In this document: positions 17,508-26,414 of the stretch, one piece after another
Layout: each line of letters begins with the position of its first letter
Numbering within the stretch: position 1 is the first letter of the stretch
Made by a program: the position numbers and the translations under genes
DNA from: Thermotogota bacterium
GTDB taxonomy: Bacteria > Bipolaricaulota > Bipolaricaulia > UBA7950 > UBA9294
Length of the DNA stretch: 56,625 nucleotides
Direction: 5' to 3'
Assembly: GCA_039679545.1 (NCBI GenBank)
Contig: JBDKUT010000153.1
Coordinates: 1 to 56,625 of the forward strand
Notes under the pieces: model-generated
What the model saw: the letters and a program-made list of their open reading frames with translations, nothing else
Told to the model about the DNA's origin: nothing
Database searches by the model: none

Positions 17508-18098
17508 TCACTCCACCGCGACGTGGAAGAACGTCCGCAGAGGTGCCCAGATCTCCCCCATTCCGAGACCGAACGTGCCTGCCGTCGTGTACGTGTGATA
17601 CGAGAGCCCTGTCCCGGTCTCGCTGTCCACGGTCACGTGATCGGTGCTCTGATCTCCCCACGACACGGAGTAGTCGATCCCGAAGCGTCCCCAGTACCGG
17701 ACCGTGACTCTACGGCCTTCGACTGTTGCGAGGGCAAGGTGGCAGTCGACTCGTTCGATGTGCACGGACTCGTCCGCGACCACACCGCCCTCGCCATCGA
17801 CCAAGGTGATCTCGTAGTTTCTGGGAACCTGCGACCCGGAGCTTCCCCCGTCCACGGCTTGGTAGAAGTGCTCGTAGAGTTCGACCGGCAGCGCTACGTC
17901 AGACACGCCGTACGATGTGTCAACGTCGCCCCATCGCACCGTGTAGCCGGACCCCGTGACGCCGGTCACTCTCACCTGTACCCAGCCCTGATCTTCGCTC
18001 ACGATCTCGAGCTCCACGTCCGCCGGCGGAATGACGACCGGAGCGGTGCACCCCGCCAACAGCAGCAGCAAAAGGATAACTCCCACAGCCTTGGCCAT
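17508..18098 (-). CDS. Lipoprotein with PKD-like domains
   Basis: GGAGG RBS; lipobox LAGC; two WGD motifs; HTYTTAGTF. Confidence 0.75.
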   Translation of the reverse strand: MAKAVGVILLLLLLAGCTAPVVIPPADVELEIVSEDQGWVQVRVTGVTGSGYTVRWGDVDTSYGVSDVALPVELYEHFYQAVDGGSSGSQVPRNYEITLVDGEGGVVADESVHIERVDCHLALATVEGRRVTVRYWGRFGIDYSVSWGDQSTDHVTVDSETGTGLSYHTYTTAGTFGLGMGEIWAPLRTFFHVAVE

Positions 18099-18487
18099 AT
18101 CTCCCTCCTGCGCATACCCACGCGGCACGCTCACCGGATGCTCTCCCCAAGCGAACAGGTCGACGAATCCGCCTACGGATCCGCTCCCGCGCCATCGAGA
18201 CCGCCGCAGGCAATTCCTAGCGGGTTCTCCCTGCCACCAAGGTAACACCGATCAGCGAAGCAAGGCAACGCGACGTCTTCCGGGCACTGTCTCTGGGTGT
18301 CGGCCGCTGGAGAGGCCGTGAAATCCGCGTCTCGGCCAATCTTCGGAGACTCTCAGTCCCCCCCAACCAATGCCCGGCTCGCACGGCAAGCGTTCCAAGG
18401 CACGGCCGGAGATGTCATTTCCCCACGCCGCTTTGCTGTTCCAAAAGGGAGTCTGCCACGCGAAGGCGCTTCCGTTTGGGAAGGCCG

Positions 18488-18880
18488 CTACGGCGCACGG
18501 TCGAGGGGGATCGCCGAGGAACCCTTCTCGCTGTGCAGGGCACCGAAGTCGTCGTTCGTACGCTGGTAGGCAACGAGGACCTTGTACTCGCTCCCGCAGA
18601 CCAGCGGCTTGTCCGTCGGGTCGCGCGAGTCGAGGGGGATGACGAACTCGAAGTAGGTCTTGCCCTCCACTTCCCGCGCCGCGGCCTCGAGACAGCCAAA
18701 CGCGCGTAGAGCACCCATGCTGTCTCCTCCCGTGAACGTGCTGACTTCGCCGATCGCTCTCTGTACCCGGAGTCCGTGCTTGCCGGACGACGTCGTGGGC
18801 TCCAGAGGGCTCGAGGTCGGCCACACGTACGTCAGCCTCTTCCTCCACCCGACACAGACCCACCGATGATGCCATTGTAC
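18488..18880 (-). pseudogene. Remnant of a DOMON-domain protein
   Basis: C-terminal EGKTYFEFVIPLDS.D..DKPL..G..YKVLVAY...DDF..H.. is intact; upstream similarity lies in another frame and no credible start or RBS is present. Confidence 0.5.
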
Positions 18881-18943
18881 GGTGACACCCGTCGGAGACT
18901 TCGCCTTCTGAGACGAGATCAGGAGGCCGCGGATCCTCGGAGG

Positions 18944-19408
18944 CTACACCGACGCCCATCCATTCAGGATCCTGATCACCCGACCGGCTTCTTCATAGAG
19001 GAAGTCCGGCGGCAGCGGATGGCCCGCGCGGCTTGTCTTCCGCCACAGGTAGGCGGAGAAGCCACCGTTCCTCCATTCCACGACGTCCGCCGTCGTAAGG
19101 TGCATGGCCTCGATCGCCGCCGACTGCTCCGCAGTAAGCACGGCTCGGATCGAGGCGATCATGCCCGACATGTCCGGCGGCGTGTCAGGCGGGACCTGCA
19201 ACTCCGCACGCCAGACCTCCACAAGCGGCACCAGCTGCCGCGCCTGTACGGCGGACACGGCAGTCTCCGACCCCGAGAGCCTGACGATTCCGTACAAGAG
19301 AACGGCAAGCTCGTCCGTGCTCGTACTCGCCGTAACACCCAGCCCGACCAGCAATGCAAGGCACAGCCCTGCGGCGACGGACTTACATCCACGTCTTGAC
19401 CCAATCAC
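18944..19408 (-). CDS. Hypothetical exported protein
   Basis: GGAGG RBS, GTG start, signal peptide-like N-terminus. Confidence 0.6.
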   Translation of the reverse strand: MIGSRRGCKSVAAGLCLALLVGLGVTASTSTDELAVLLYGIVRLSGSETAVSAVQARQLVPLVEVWRAELQVPPDTPPDMSGMIASIRAVLTAEQSAAIEAMHLTTADVVEWRNGGFSAYLWRKTSRAGHPLPPDFLYEEAGRVIRILNGWASV

Positions 19409-19688
19409 GCTACCCTCCTCAACCGCGTGGATTGCCTCGTCCCATCCACGGAACGTGGCGTCTTCTTGTTTGTACCTACACAGCATCCGACTTCAATGTG
19501 TCACGACAGCAGCAGGTCCGTGACGGGGCTGTACGTCGTTGGGTCCATCGTTCTTGTGCGTCTACCCGACGTCCTCGAGACGGCCTTCGACGCGGCTCGT
19601 CAGGTTCGGGCGGCTCTGCAGGTGCTCGACCCTGACGTCCGCTCTGGCACAACCGGCCCGCCGGTCGCGCCGCTTCGCCGACCGTTTC

Positions 19689-21197
19689 CTAGGGCACCGC
19701 GATGATTCGCGTCGGTGCGGGGGCCACAGTGATCGTGCCCCACAGGCTGTTGGTCTTGGTGTCGATCACGGAGATCGTGTCGCCCTCGGCATCGGCGACA
19801 TACACCTTGTCTCCACTGATGGCGAGCTCTTCCGGCCCCAGGCCTACTTCGATGGGGTCGTCCCGTATCGTCTTGCAGGTTCGAATGTTGATCACGGACA
19901 CGGTTCCGATGCTGGGGCCGCTGTACTCGGAGCCGACAAAATTGCCATGGTTCACCACGTACGCCCTGTTCCCGTTGATGAGAATTCGGCGAGGGTGAAC
20001 TCCTACGGGAATGGGCAGCGCCGGTCCTGATCCGACGCTGGTCGACCGAATCACCTCAAGCGTCCGCGTGTTGATCACATAGACGGCGCCGGTCACGTCA
20101 TCGTCGTAGCTGCCTTGGCACACCACGAAGGCCCGCTTCTCGCTGATCGCAATATCCCGCGGATGCTGCCCGACAACGATCTCTCCCCCTTCCACCACCT
20201 CGAGCTCCTTCGTGTCGATCACCCATACGCTTCCTGGTTCGCCCTCGTAGTTACGGTTCTCGCAGACCACCCACGCCCGGTTTCCGCTGATCAGGATCTC
20301 CCGCGGATTGACCCCGACGGGAATGGGGTCACCCACCGGCCTGTCTGTGATGGTATTGATCACCGTAACGCTTCCGTCACCGTAGTTGGCCACGAAGGCT
20401 CGGTTCTTGCCAATCGCGATGCCCTTGGGGCCTCGTCCGGGATTGTGACCCACCGCAATGTCTGTCTCGACCCTGTTTTCATTGAGGTTGATCACGGTAA
20501 CGGTGTCGCTACCGTAATTCGCTACGTAGGCTTTGCTCCCCGTGATCGCAATCGCGCGCGGGCAACGGCCTACGGAGAGGGGCTCTTCTGTCAGGAAGGT
20601 ATTCGTCGCCGTGTCGATGACGAAGACGCTGCCCGTCTCCTCGTTGGTACGGTAGCAGACCAGGTAGGCCGTGGCTCCGTTGAGCGCAAAGGCGAAGGGG
20701 TCCTGATCGACATCAAGCAGCTCCACGACTGCGGGATCACTCAGCGTGTTGATGACGGAGATCCGGTCTGGGCCAGAATCGTCCTCGTCGTGTCCGGGCG
20801 TGTGCCCGACGTAAATCTCCCGCGGGCCGACGGTGATGTAGTCTGGCTTCACCTCGGTGATCGTGCGTTCGCCCCCATCGCGTAACGGCAGCGTAACACG
20901 AAGCTTCACTGTGTACGTCCCCGGGGAAGTGTACGTGTGCGTCGTGGTCTCCCCTTCCCCCGACCCGCCGTCACCGAATTGCCAGTACCAGTGCGTCGTG
21001 CTGGCCGGCGCGTTGGCGGTGAACGTCACCTCCAGCGGCGGCGAGTCTTTCTCTCTCGGATCGGCCTTGAAGTTGAGAAGCGCGGCCGGCGCAGCTAGGC
21101 AAAGCCAATACCCACAAGCGACAACAGCCACAAAAAGCCCGACCTTAGCTAGGCGGAGGCCGCCCGGGCAGCAGGTGGCTCCACTCCTTGCCCTCAT
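19689..21197 (-). CDS. Secreted PKD domain + YVTN/YncE beta-propeller protein
   Basis: WQFGDG..THTYTSPGTYTV; about seven repeats of AYV.N....V.VI.T..I.VG..P. Confidence 0.88.
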   Translation of the reverse strand: MRARSGATCCPGGLRLAKVGLFVAVVACGYWLCLAAPAALLNFKADPREKDSPPLEVTFTANAPASTTHWYWQFGDGGSGEGETTTHTYTSPGTYTVKLRVTLPLRDGGERTITEVKPDYITVGPREIYVGHTPGHDEDDSGPDRISVINTLSDPAVVELLDVDQDPFAFALNGATAYLVCYRTNEETGSVFVIDTATNTFLTEEPLSVGRCPRAIAITGSKAYVANYGSDTVTVINLNENRVETDIAVGHNPGRGPKGIAIGKNRAFVANYGDGSVTVINTITDRPVGDPIPVGVNPREILISGNRAWVVCENRNYEGEPGSVWVIDTKELEVVEGGEIVVGQHPRDIAISEKRAFVVCQGSYDDDVTGAVYVINTRTLEVIRSTSVGSGPALPIPVGVHPRRILINGNRAYVVNHGNFVGSEYSGPSIGTVSVINIRTCKTIRDDPIEVGLGPEELAISGDKVYVADAEGDTISVIDTKTNSLWGTITVAPAPTRIIAVP

Positions 21198-21339
21198 CCC
21201 CATCACCTCCTCGGACACCTGTTCGCAAGCATGGCACCATCATACTATCTCCACGCCGCGCCTAGTCTGATGGGATTGCTGTACCAAGGGTCTGAGATCT
21301 TGACGCCGGCCACTGGGTCGACTTGAGGAGTTCGAGGGC

Positions 21340-21611
21340 GTGGTGGGCAAACGCGCCAAGCCACGGTCGGGCCGCGGATTCGCTTCTCGGCGAACTCCTT
21401 CTGGGCTTGGTCCAGCGGTTCGCTTCGGGTACGTCCAGTGCGCGAGGACGCGCGCCCCCGCTGCGAGAATCGCCGTGGCGATGACCGCGGACAGGGCAAG
21501 GAAGTCGCAGACGCTGGCGATCACGAACCCGCCGCCCATTCCTTCCATTCCGGACGCGAACGGCAGAAAGATCCCAGCAAACTCGAGGCCCCCATGCCGA
21601 CCCGGATCCAC
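21340..21611 (-). pseudogene. Possible frameshifted small membrane protein with a SHOCT-like tail
   Basis: Gly/Met-rich segment and a TM helix in one frame; EPLDQAQKEFAEKRI in another frame. Confidence 0.3.
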
Positions 21612-21742
21612 GCTACACGAGCCTGCGGGGGCTGCGTCGTTTCATGAACGCGGTGTAGTCTGCGGAGTGCCTGCCGGAAAAAGACGTGCGGCGCGGCTGA
21701 TGGCCGCGCCGCGCGATAACGTACTTTGCGGAACCCGCAGGG

Positions 21743-21955
21743 TTACTGAACGACGGTGACGTCCTGGGCCTGAGGCCCCTTCTGCCCGGAAACGACCACG
21801 AACTCCACCTTCTGGCCTTCCTCGAGCGAGCGGTAGCCTTCGCCACGAATCGCGCTGAAATGTACGAACACGTCATCTCCGCTCTCGCGGGAAATGAACC
21901 CGAACCCCTTGGTATCGTTGAACCACTTGACAGTCCCGGTCTCACGATCTGCCAA
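21743..21955 (-). CDS. cspA: Cold-shock protein (CspA family)
   Basis: AAGGAGG RBS, TTG start; GTVKWFN..KGFGFI and DVFVHFSAI (RNP1/RNP2). Confidence 0.95.
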   Translation of the reverse strand: MADRETGTVKWFNDTKGFGFISRESGDDVFVHFSAIRGEGYRSLEEGQKVEFVVVSGQKGPQAQDVTVVQ

Positions 21956-22065
21956 GAAATACCCCTCCTTCACTGCTGGATGATTCATCGAGGCAGAGCA
22001 TTCGAGTGTGACCAGATCTCCTGTACTCCTGCGAAGCGCACTGCACGATGCCAACAACCGACGGC

Positions 22066-22094
22066 AATCTACACGGTACGAGGGTCCTTGTCAA
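22066..22094 (-). promoter_or_regulatory. sigma70 promoter of the cold-shock gene
   Basis: TTGACA (22094-22089), 17-nt spacer, TAGATT (22071-22066); gives a ~100-nt leader. Confidence 0.75.
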
Positions 22095-22097
22095 GGT

Positions 22098-22164
22098 GTG
22101 CTCTCGCCTAAGAATCGAGCACATAGGTGCTCTCGCCTAAGAATCGAGCACATAGGCGCTCTCG
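22098..22164. repeat. 29-bp tandem repeat, 2.3 copies
   Basis: GTGCTCTCGCCTAAGAATCGAGCACATAG at 22098 and 22127, partial at 22156. Confidence 0.9.
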
Positions 22165-22280
22165 TGGGAGAACCAAGCGCCGCGGCACACCTCCCCCGTA
22201 GAGTCAGGCCCATATCAGGCGCCGTTCGCGGTGGAACTGGGCACGTGAGCGCTCTTACGTGAGAGTCAAGCGCGCTGGAG

Positions 22281-23234
22281 CTAGAAGGGGGTGTCTGCCG
22301 CCACATAGCAGTGAAGGCCGGCGTCGGAGAAGAGCTTCTGATGAACCGCCATCTCGGCGCTCGTCGGCGGCTTGGTCTGGGCGCGGGCGTACTCGAGGCC
22401 GAGTTGCGTGTACTTCGATTCGGCCATCCGGTGGAAGGGCAGGAGGTTCACTTCGGCAAGCCCTAGCGTGACCAAGAGGCCAACCATCGCAATGAGGTTC
22501 TCCGGGGAGTCGTTGAACCCTGGGACAACCGGGATCCGCACCACCAACCGCGCCTCGCGCCGAGAGTGCGCAAGGGCCTCGAGGTTGGCGAGGATCTGCT
22601 CGTTGCCGACACCCGTGCCACCGCGATGAGCGGCGGAGTCCATGTGCTTCAGGTCGACGAACAGCCAGTCGGCACGGCGCGCGACATCCCGCACGAGCTT
22701 GGACTCAGCGTGCGCCGACGTCTCAACGGCCGTGTGGATGTACGCCTCCCGGCAGGCGTCAAGGGCAGCCAACAGGAACTCGGGTTGGGACAGCGGCTCG
22801 CCGCCGCTGAACGTGACGCCGCCTTCCGGCCCCCAGTAGTTGCGGTCCCGTTCGAGCGTCCGCATCAGGTCGCTCACGGTCGTCCATCGCCCTGACACCT
22901 CGAGTGCGCCGGAGGGGCAAGCGGAGACACAGGGTCGCTCTTCGCACCTCGCGCACACGGCTCGATCGAAGCGAGGGGGGATCGGGTCCGCGGGGTCGAT
23001 TCGGATTGCGCTATGCGGACAGGCACGGACGCACGGATGCCCGTCGGACCGACACCTCGATGCTCGAACCATCAGCTGCGTCCTCGGGAGAAGTCCTTCC
23101 GGATTGGCGCACCACGTGCACCGCAGCGGACACCCGCTCAGGAAGACTGTCGTTCGGCACCCCGGCCCGTCGTGCACCGAGTGCGCCTGGATGTCGAAGA
23201 CCAGCCCCCGCGCCGTGCTCAGGCGCTCTTCCAT
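22281..23234 (-). CDS. hpdA: Glycyl-radical enzyme activating enzyme (HpdA-like radical SAM)
   Basis: HDGPGCRTTVFLSGCPLRCTWCANPE (CxxxCxxC), ferredoxin-like Cys insert, GGVTFSGGEP. Confidence 0.9.
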   Translation of the reverse strand: MEERLSTARGLVFDIQAHSVHDGPGCRTTVFLSGCPLRCTWCANPEGLLPRTQLMVRASRCRSDGHPCVRACPHSAIRIDPADPIPPRFDRAVCARCEERPCVSACPSGALEVSGRWTTVSDLMRTLERDRNYWGPEGGVTFSGGEPLSQPEFLLAALDACREAYIHTAVETSAHAESKLVRDVARRADWLFVDLKHMDSAAHRGGTGVGNEQILANLEALAHSRREARLVVRIPVVPGFNDSPENLIAMVGLLVTLGLAEVNLLPFHRMAESKYTQLGLEYARAQTKPPTSAEMAVHQKLFSDAGLHCYVAADTPF

Positions 23235-23488
23235 TCGAACCCTTCGCACGTCACGGCGGCCAGGTCGGGGTACGTCATCGGATGATCCGGCGCGGCCGAA
23301 CAGAAGCCCAGGTACTCGTCGTCGCTCGGCAAGTACCGCTTGCATGCCGCGCACTGTGGAAGACGGGCGAACGAGGGGCAGGCGTCCTTGTCCCCGTACA
23401 CGATTCCCTTGGTCACGTGGCAGACGCCCTTGACGACGTCAACCGGCGCGTAGTTCCGGCAGTGCATGTGCCGCAACGAGGTCGTCAC
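23219..23488 (-). CDS. hpdC: 4-hydroxyphenylacetate decarboxylase-type small Fe-S subunit
   Basis: 89 aa; H..C.N....D..KG.C..C / CxxC..C..C ligand pattern; GTGA overlap with the large-subunit stop. Confidence 0.85.
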   Translation of the reverse strand: MTTSLRHMHCRNYAPVDVVKGVCHVTKGIVYGDKDACPSFARLPQCAACKRYLPSDDEYLGFCSAAPDHPMTYPDLAAVTCEGFEWKSA

Positions 23489-26202
23489 TCCCGCACCCCC
23501 TCGTATTCCGTACGGGCGATGATCTCGTCCTGAATCGGCTTCCCGATCTCCACCCAGTACTGTGTGAACCCGGCCACGCGGACCAGAAGATCCCGGTACT
23601 GCTCGGGGTGCTCCTGGGCATCCTTGAGGATCCGCGAGTCCACGACGTTGTACTGGATGTGGAAGCCTCCCTTGCGCATGTAGGATCTCGTCAGCTCGAG
23701 CAATTTCTTCGTTCCGGCACGGCCTTGGATCGCGCTCGGGTGGATCTTCAGGTTCAGCTGGGAGTTCTGAGACTGCGCATGGTCCCAGCATGTCGCCGAA
23801 GCGAAGAGGGCGTACGGCCCGTGGCGGTCGGTACCGGGGTAAGCGGACATCGACGCGTCGGCGAACGTCGTGCCGGCCAGGCGACCGTCCGGCGTGGCCA
23901 TGGTCACGGCCCCCATCGGCGCGTGCGTGGAGACCGAGATCTGACACGCGTAGTACGGCTGGGCGTTGAGCGACTCGTAGTCCCTGCACTTGGCGCAGAA
24001 CCAGTCCTCCCACTGCTTGAGAATGCCGTCGACGTACGGCGTGTCATTCCCGTACTTCGGCGCCGTGAGGCACTCAACGTGCGTTCGATCGTGCTCGGTT
24101 GTCTCCCCACGCTTCTCCTGGGACGAGAGCGAGAACGACCCCACCTCGTCGGCGGTCCTGAACCCGAAGTTGTCCGCGAGCGCCTTCCGAAGCTCCGCAA
24201 GGGTAACGACTCCTCGATCGTAAACCAGGGACTTGAGTGCCGCGAGGCTGTTGATCAGGTTGATGGTTCCGCACGTCTCGACGTTGTGCGTCGCGTTGTA
24301 CCGGTACCCAAGTTCGTTGATCAGATGCCCGGTCTCGAGGCAGTCCGGCTTGAGAAGCGAGTTGAAGACGGCCGCGTTGTTCTTACGCCAGACGTCATGT
24401 TGGATGTTGTTGGCGAGGGACAAGACCTCGACGGCCTTGGCAAAGTACGCCTTGACTTGGTCGAACAGCTCTTCGTACGAGCCGAGCGCACACCCGTGCG
24501 GAGGGAACACGCGGAGCTTCGTGCGTTGATCGATGCCGTCGAAAAGGACGAGCTCGAGGATCTTCGGAAGGGAAAGGAAGTGGACGCCGACGCTCGTCGG
24601 CTGGCCCGACCCTCCCGGGATCCAGTACGACCGGCCATTCAGGGTGAGGGGCAGCCAGGAACACGGAGAGGTCTCGAGACAGCCACCGATCGCGATCGCT
24701 CGCGCCTCTTCCAGATCCATACCCTCGGGGCCGTACTGCCCCATCAGGAACTCGATCGCGGTCCGGTTGTTCACGACGGCTGGATAGCCGGTCCCTGTCT
24801 TGATGCACTCCGCGGCTTTGAGAAGGAACGACTCCGGCAGCTTGTCGTCGTAGAGGAGGGTCAGCGTCGGCTGCGTCGACGCGCAGGTCATTGCCGCTTG
24901 GAGGATCAGTTCCTCGAGGCGGTTGTTCGCCGGCCCCCCGCTTCGATCGAGGCCGCCGATCGAGAGGTTGTTGAACGTGTTCCCGGACAAGACGCCTCCA
25001 ACAACGCCCATCGACGCGAAGCAGTCGAGGCACGTGTACTTGACGCGCAGGCATTCGAGCAGTTCGAGGGCCTTCTCTTCGTCGAGCCGACCGGCCGCGA
25101 TGTCCTGCTCGTACCACGGCCAGAGAACCTGTCCGAGACGGCCCGGGGACAGGCCGGAGATGACGTCCTCGTTAAGCACGGCGACATGCACAATCCACGT
25201 GAGCTGCAGCGCTTCGTAGAACGTTCGCGGCGGACGATGGGCAATCCACTCGAGACACTCGGCAATCTGGGTGTACTCGGCGCGCTGTACGGGCTCGTGC
25301 TCCACGGCCCCCAGGCGGCGCGCCTCCCGCGCATAGTTCTCGATCCACGCCTGGATTCCCCGAAGGACGTGGCTCGCCGCCTCGTAGTTGTAGAGGCGGT
25401 TCATGCCCGTGAGTCCGTCCCCGTCGGCGCGCCCGGCGACCTCGGACTTCTTCTGCTCCGCCCTCGAGATCAGTTCATCAAGTCCGAACTGCAACGGGTA
25501 GTAGTAGTTCACGACCTCGCGGCCCTGCGGCAACGTGTAGCCCGAATCGAACATGCACGTCACCGACTTCATCAGGGCTTCCTTGATCTCGTACCCGGGC
25601 GCCATCTGCTCGTACTTGTGCCCCACGTCGTCGACCGACCGGCCCTCCCAAGCGCGGGCGACGCGTAGCATCGCGGGGACTTCCTCTTTCCGGATCCCGA
25701 ACTTCCCCGCAATCGACACGACGGAGCCGAAGCTCTTCGTGACGTTTCCTCCGCCCGTTCCGAACGTGGAAACCTCGTCCGCGCTCGCGCTGCCCCGCGC
25801 TAACGCGTCCTGATAAAGCTGATTCTCGGCCGCCATGTAGTACCCCTCGGATAGCCATGGCATCGGGAAGGAGCCGCGGTAGTGATGGGTCTTTCCCACG
25901 ACCAGGAGCTCCCCCGGGAAGATCATCGGCGTCAAGTGGCGGAACGCCGATTCGAGAGCCAGGGCGCGGCGGACAATGGGAATGTCGTTGTCAAGTCCCA
26001 CGTACGAGCGGGTGTACCAGTACGGAAACTCGTTCGACGCAGAGGAGAGGGCACTGTAGTACAGGTCGCGCAGGCGTTCCGCTCGGGGAGACGGCCTGCC
26101 CACGACCTCGCGAGGCGTTGGCTCCGCCGGCGGCGTGCCCATGGCCTGGTACTCCAGGCGAGCGTCTGCCTGAGCAAGGACCTCCGTCAACTTACGCGGC
26201 AT
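23485..26202 (-). CDS. hpdB: 4-hydroxyphenylacetate decarboxylase-type glycyl-radical large subunit
   Basis: 905 aa; Cys loop GGCLE, Gly loop RVAGFTQYW, SGLS.GR, VHF, CQISVS. Confidence 0.88.
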   Translation of the reverse strand: MPRKLTEVLAQADARLEYQAMGTPPAEPTPREVVGRPSPRAERLRDLYYSALSSASNEFPYWYTRSYVGLDNDIPIVRRALALESAFRHLTPMIFPGELLVVGKTHHYRGSFPMPWLSEGYYMAAENQLYQDALARGSASADEVSTFGTGGGNVTKSFGSVVSIAGKFGIRKEEVPAMLRVARAWEGRSVDDVGHKYEQMAPGYEIKEALMKSVTCMFDSGYTLPQGREVVNYYYPLQFGLDELISRAEQKKSEVAGRADGDGLTGMNRLYNYEAASHVLRGIQAWIENYAREARRLGAVEHEPVQRAEYTQIAECLEWIAHRPPRTFYEALQLTWIVHVAVLNEDVISGLSPGRLGQVLWPWYEQDIAAGRLDEEKALELLECLRVKYTCLDCFASMGVVGGVLSGNTFNNLSIGGLDRSGGPANNRLEELILQAAMTCASTQPTLTLLYDDKLPESFLLKAAECIKTGTGYPAVVNNRTAIEFLMGQYGPEGMDLEEARAIAIGGCLETSPCSWLPLTLNGRSYWIPGGSGQPTSVGVHFLSLPKILELVLFDGIDQRTKLRVFPPHGCALGSYEELFDQVKAYFAKAVEVLSLANNIQHDVWRKNNAAVFNSLLKPDCLETGHLINELGYRYNATHNVETCGTINLINSLAALKSLVYDRGVVTLAELRKALADNFGFRTADEVGSFSLSSQEKRGETTEHDRTHVECLTAPKYGNDTPYVDGILKQWEDWFCAKCRDYESLNAQPYYACQISVSTHAPMGAVTMATPDGRLAGTTFADASMSAYPGTDRHGPYALFASATCWDHAQSQNSQLNLKIHPSAIQGRAGTKKLLELTRSYMRKGGFHIQYNVVDSRILKDAQEHPEQYRDLLVRVAGFTQYWVEIGKPIQDEIIARTEYEGVRE

Positions 26203-26414
26203 GGCTTCTCCTCCACTTCGTCGCAGCCGGTCTGGGCAGGACCTCCCCTGCCGTCGCCGCCGCGGTAGGTAGCCAGGACATCCTTCCACCCCCGGCGCAG
26301 CCAGAGTCTACCGAGCCAGCAAGCAGGCGACCAACGGACATCAGGCCTCGCTTGGTGGACCGGCGCGGCGGATTGGGCGAAGATTCCGACGTCGGTCGAG
26401 GGGGAATCGGTGAC

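Noticed and set aside
22098..22164. 29-bp palindromic repeats as a CRISPR array
   Set aside because: Copies are directly adjacent with no spacers, and there are no cas genes
23489..24013. N-terminal 175 codons of the 264-aa ORF 23219-24013
   Set aside because: Alternate frame inside hpdB; only the last 89 codons (HpdC) are credible
23608..25668. 686-aa plus-strand ORF and similar long antisense ORFs (26187-27845, 45976-47457, 50718-51920)
   Set aside because: Shadow ORFs opposite well-supported genes, expected at high GC, with no motifs
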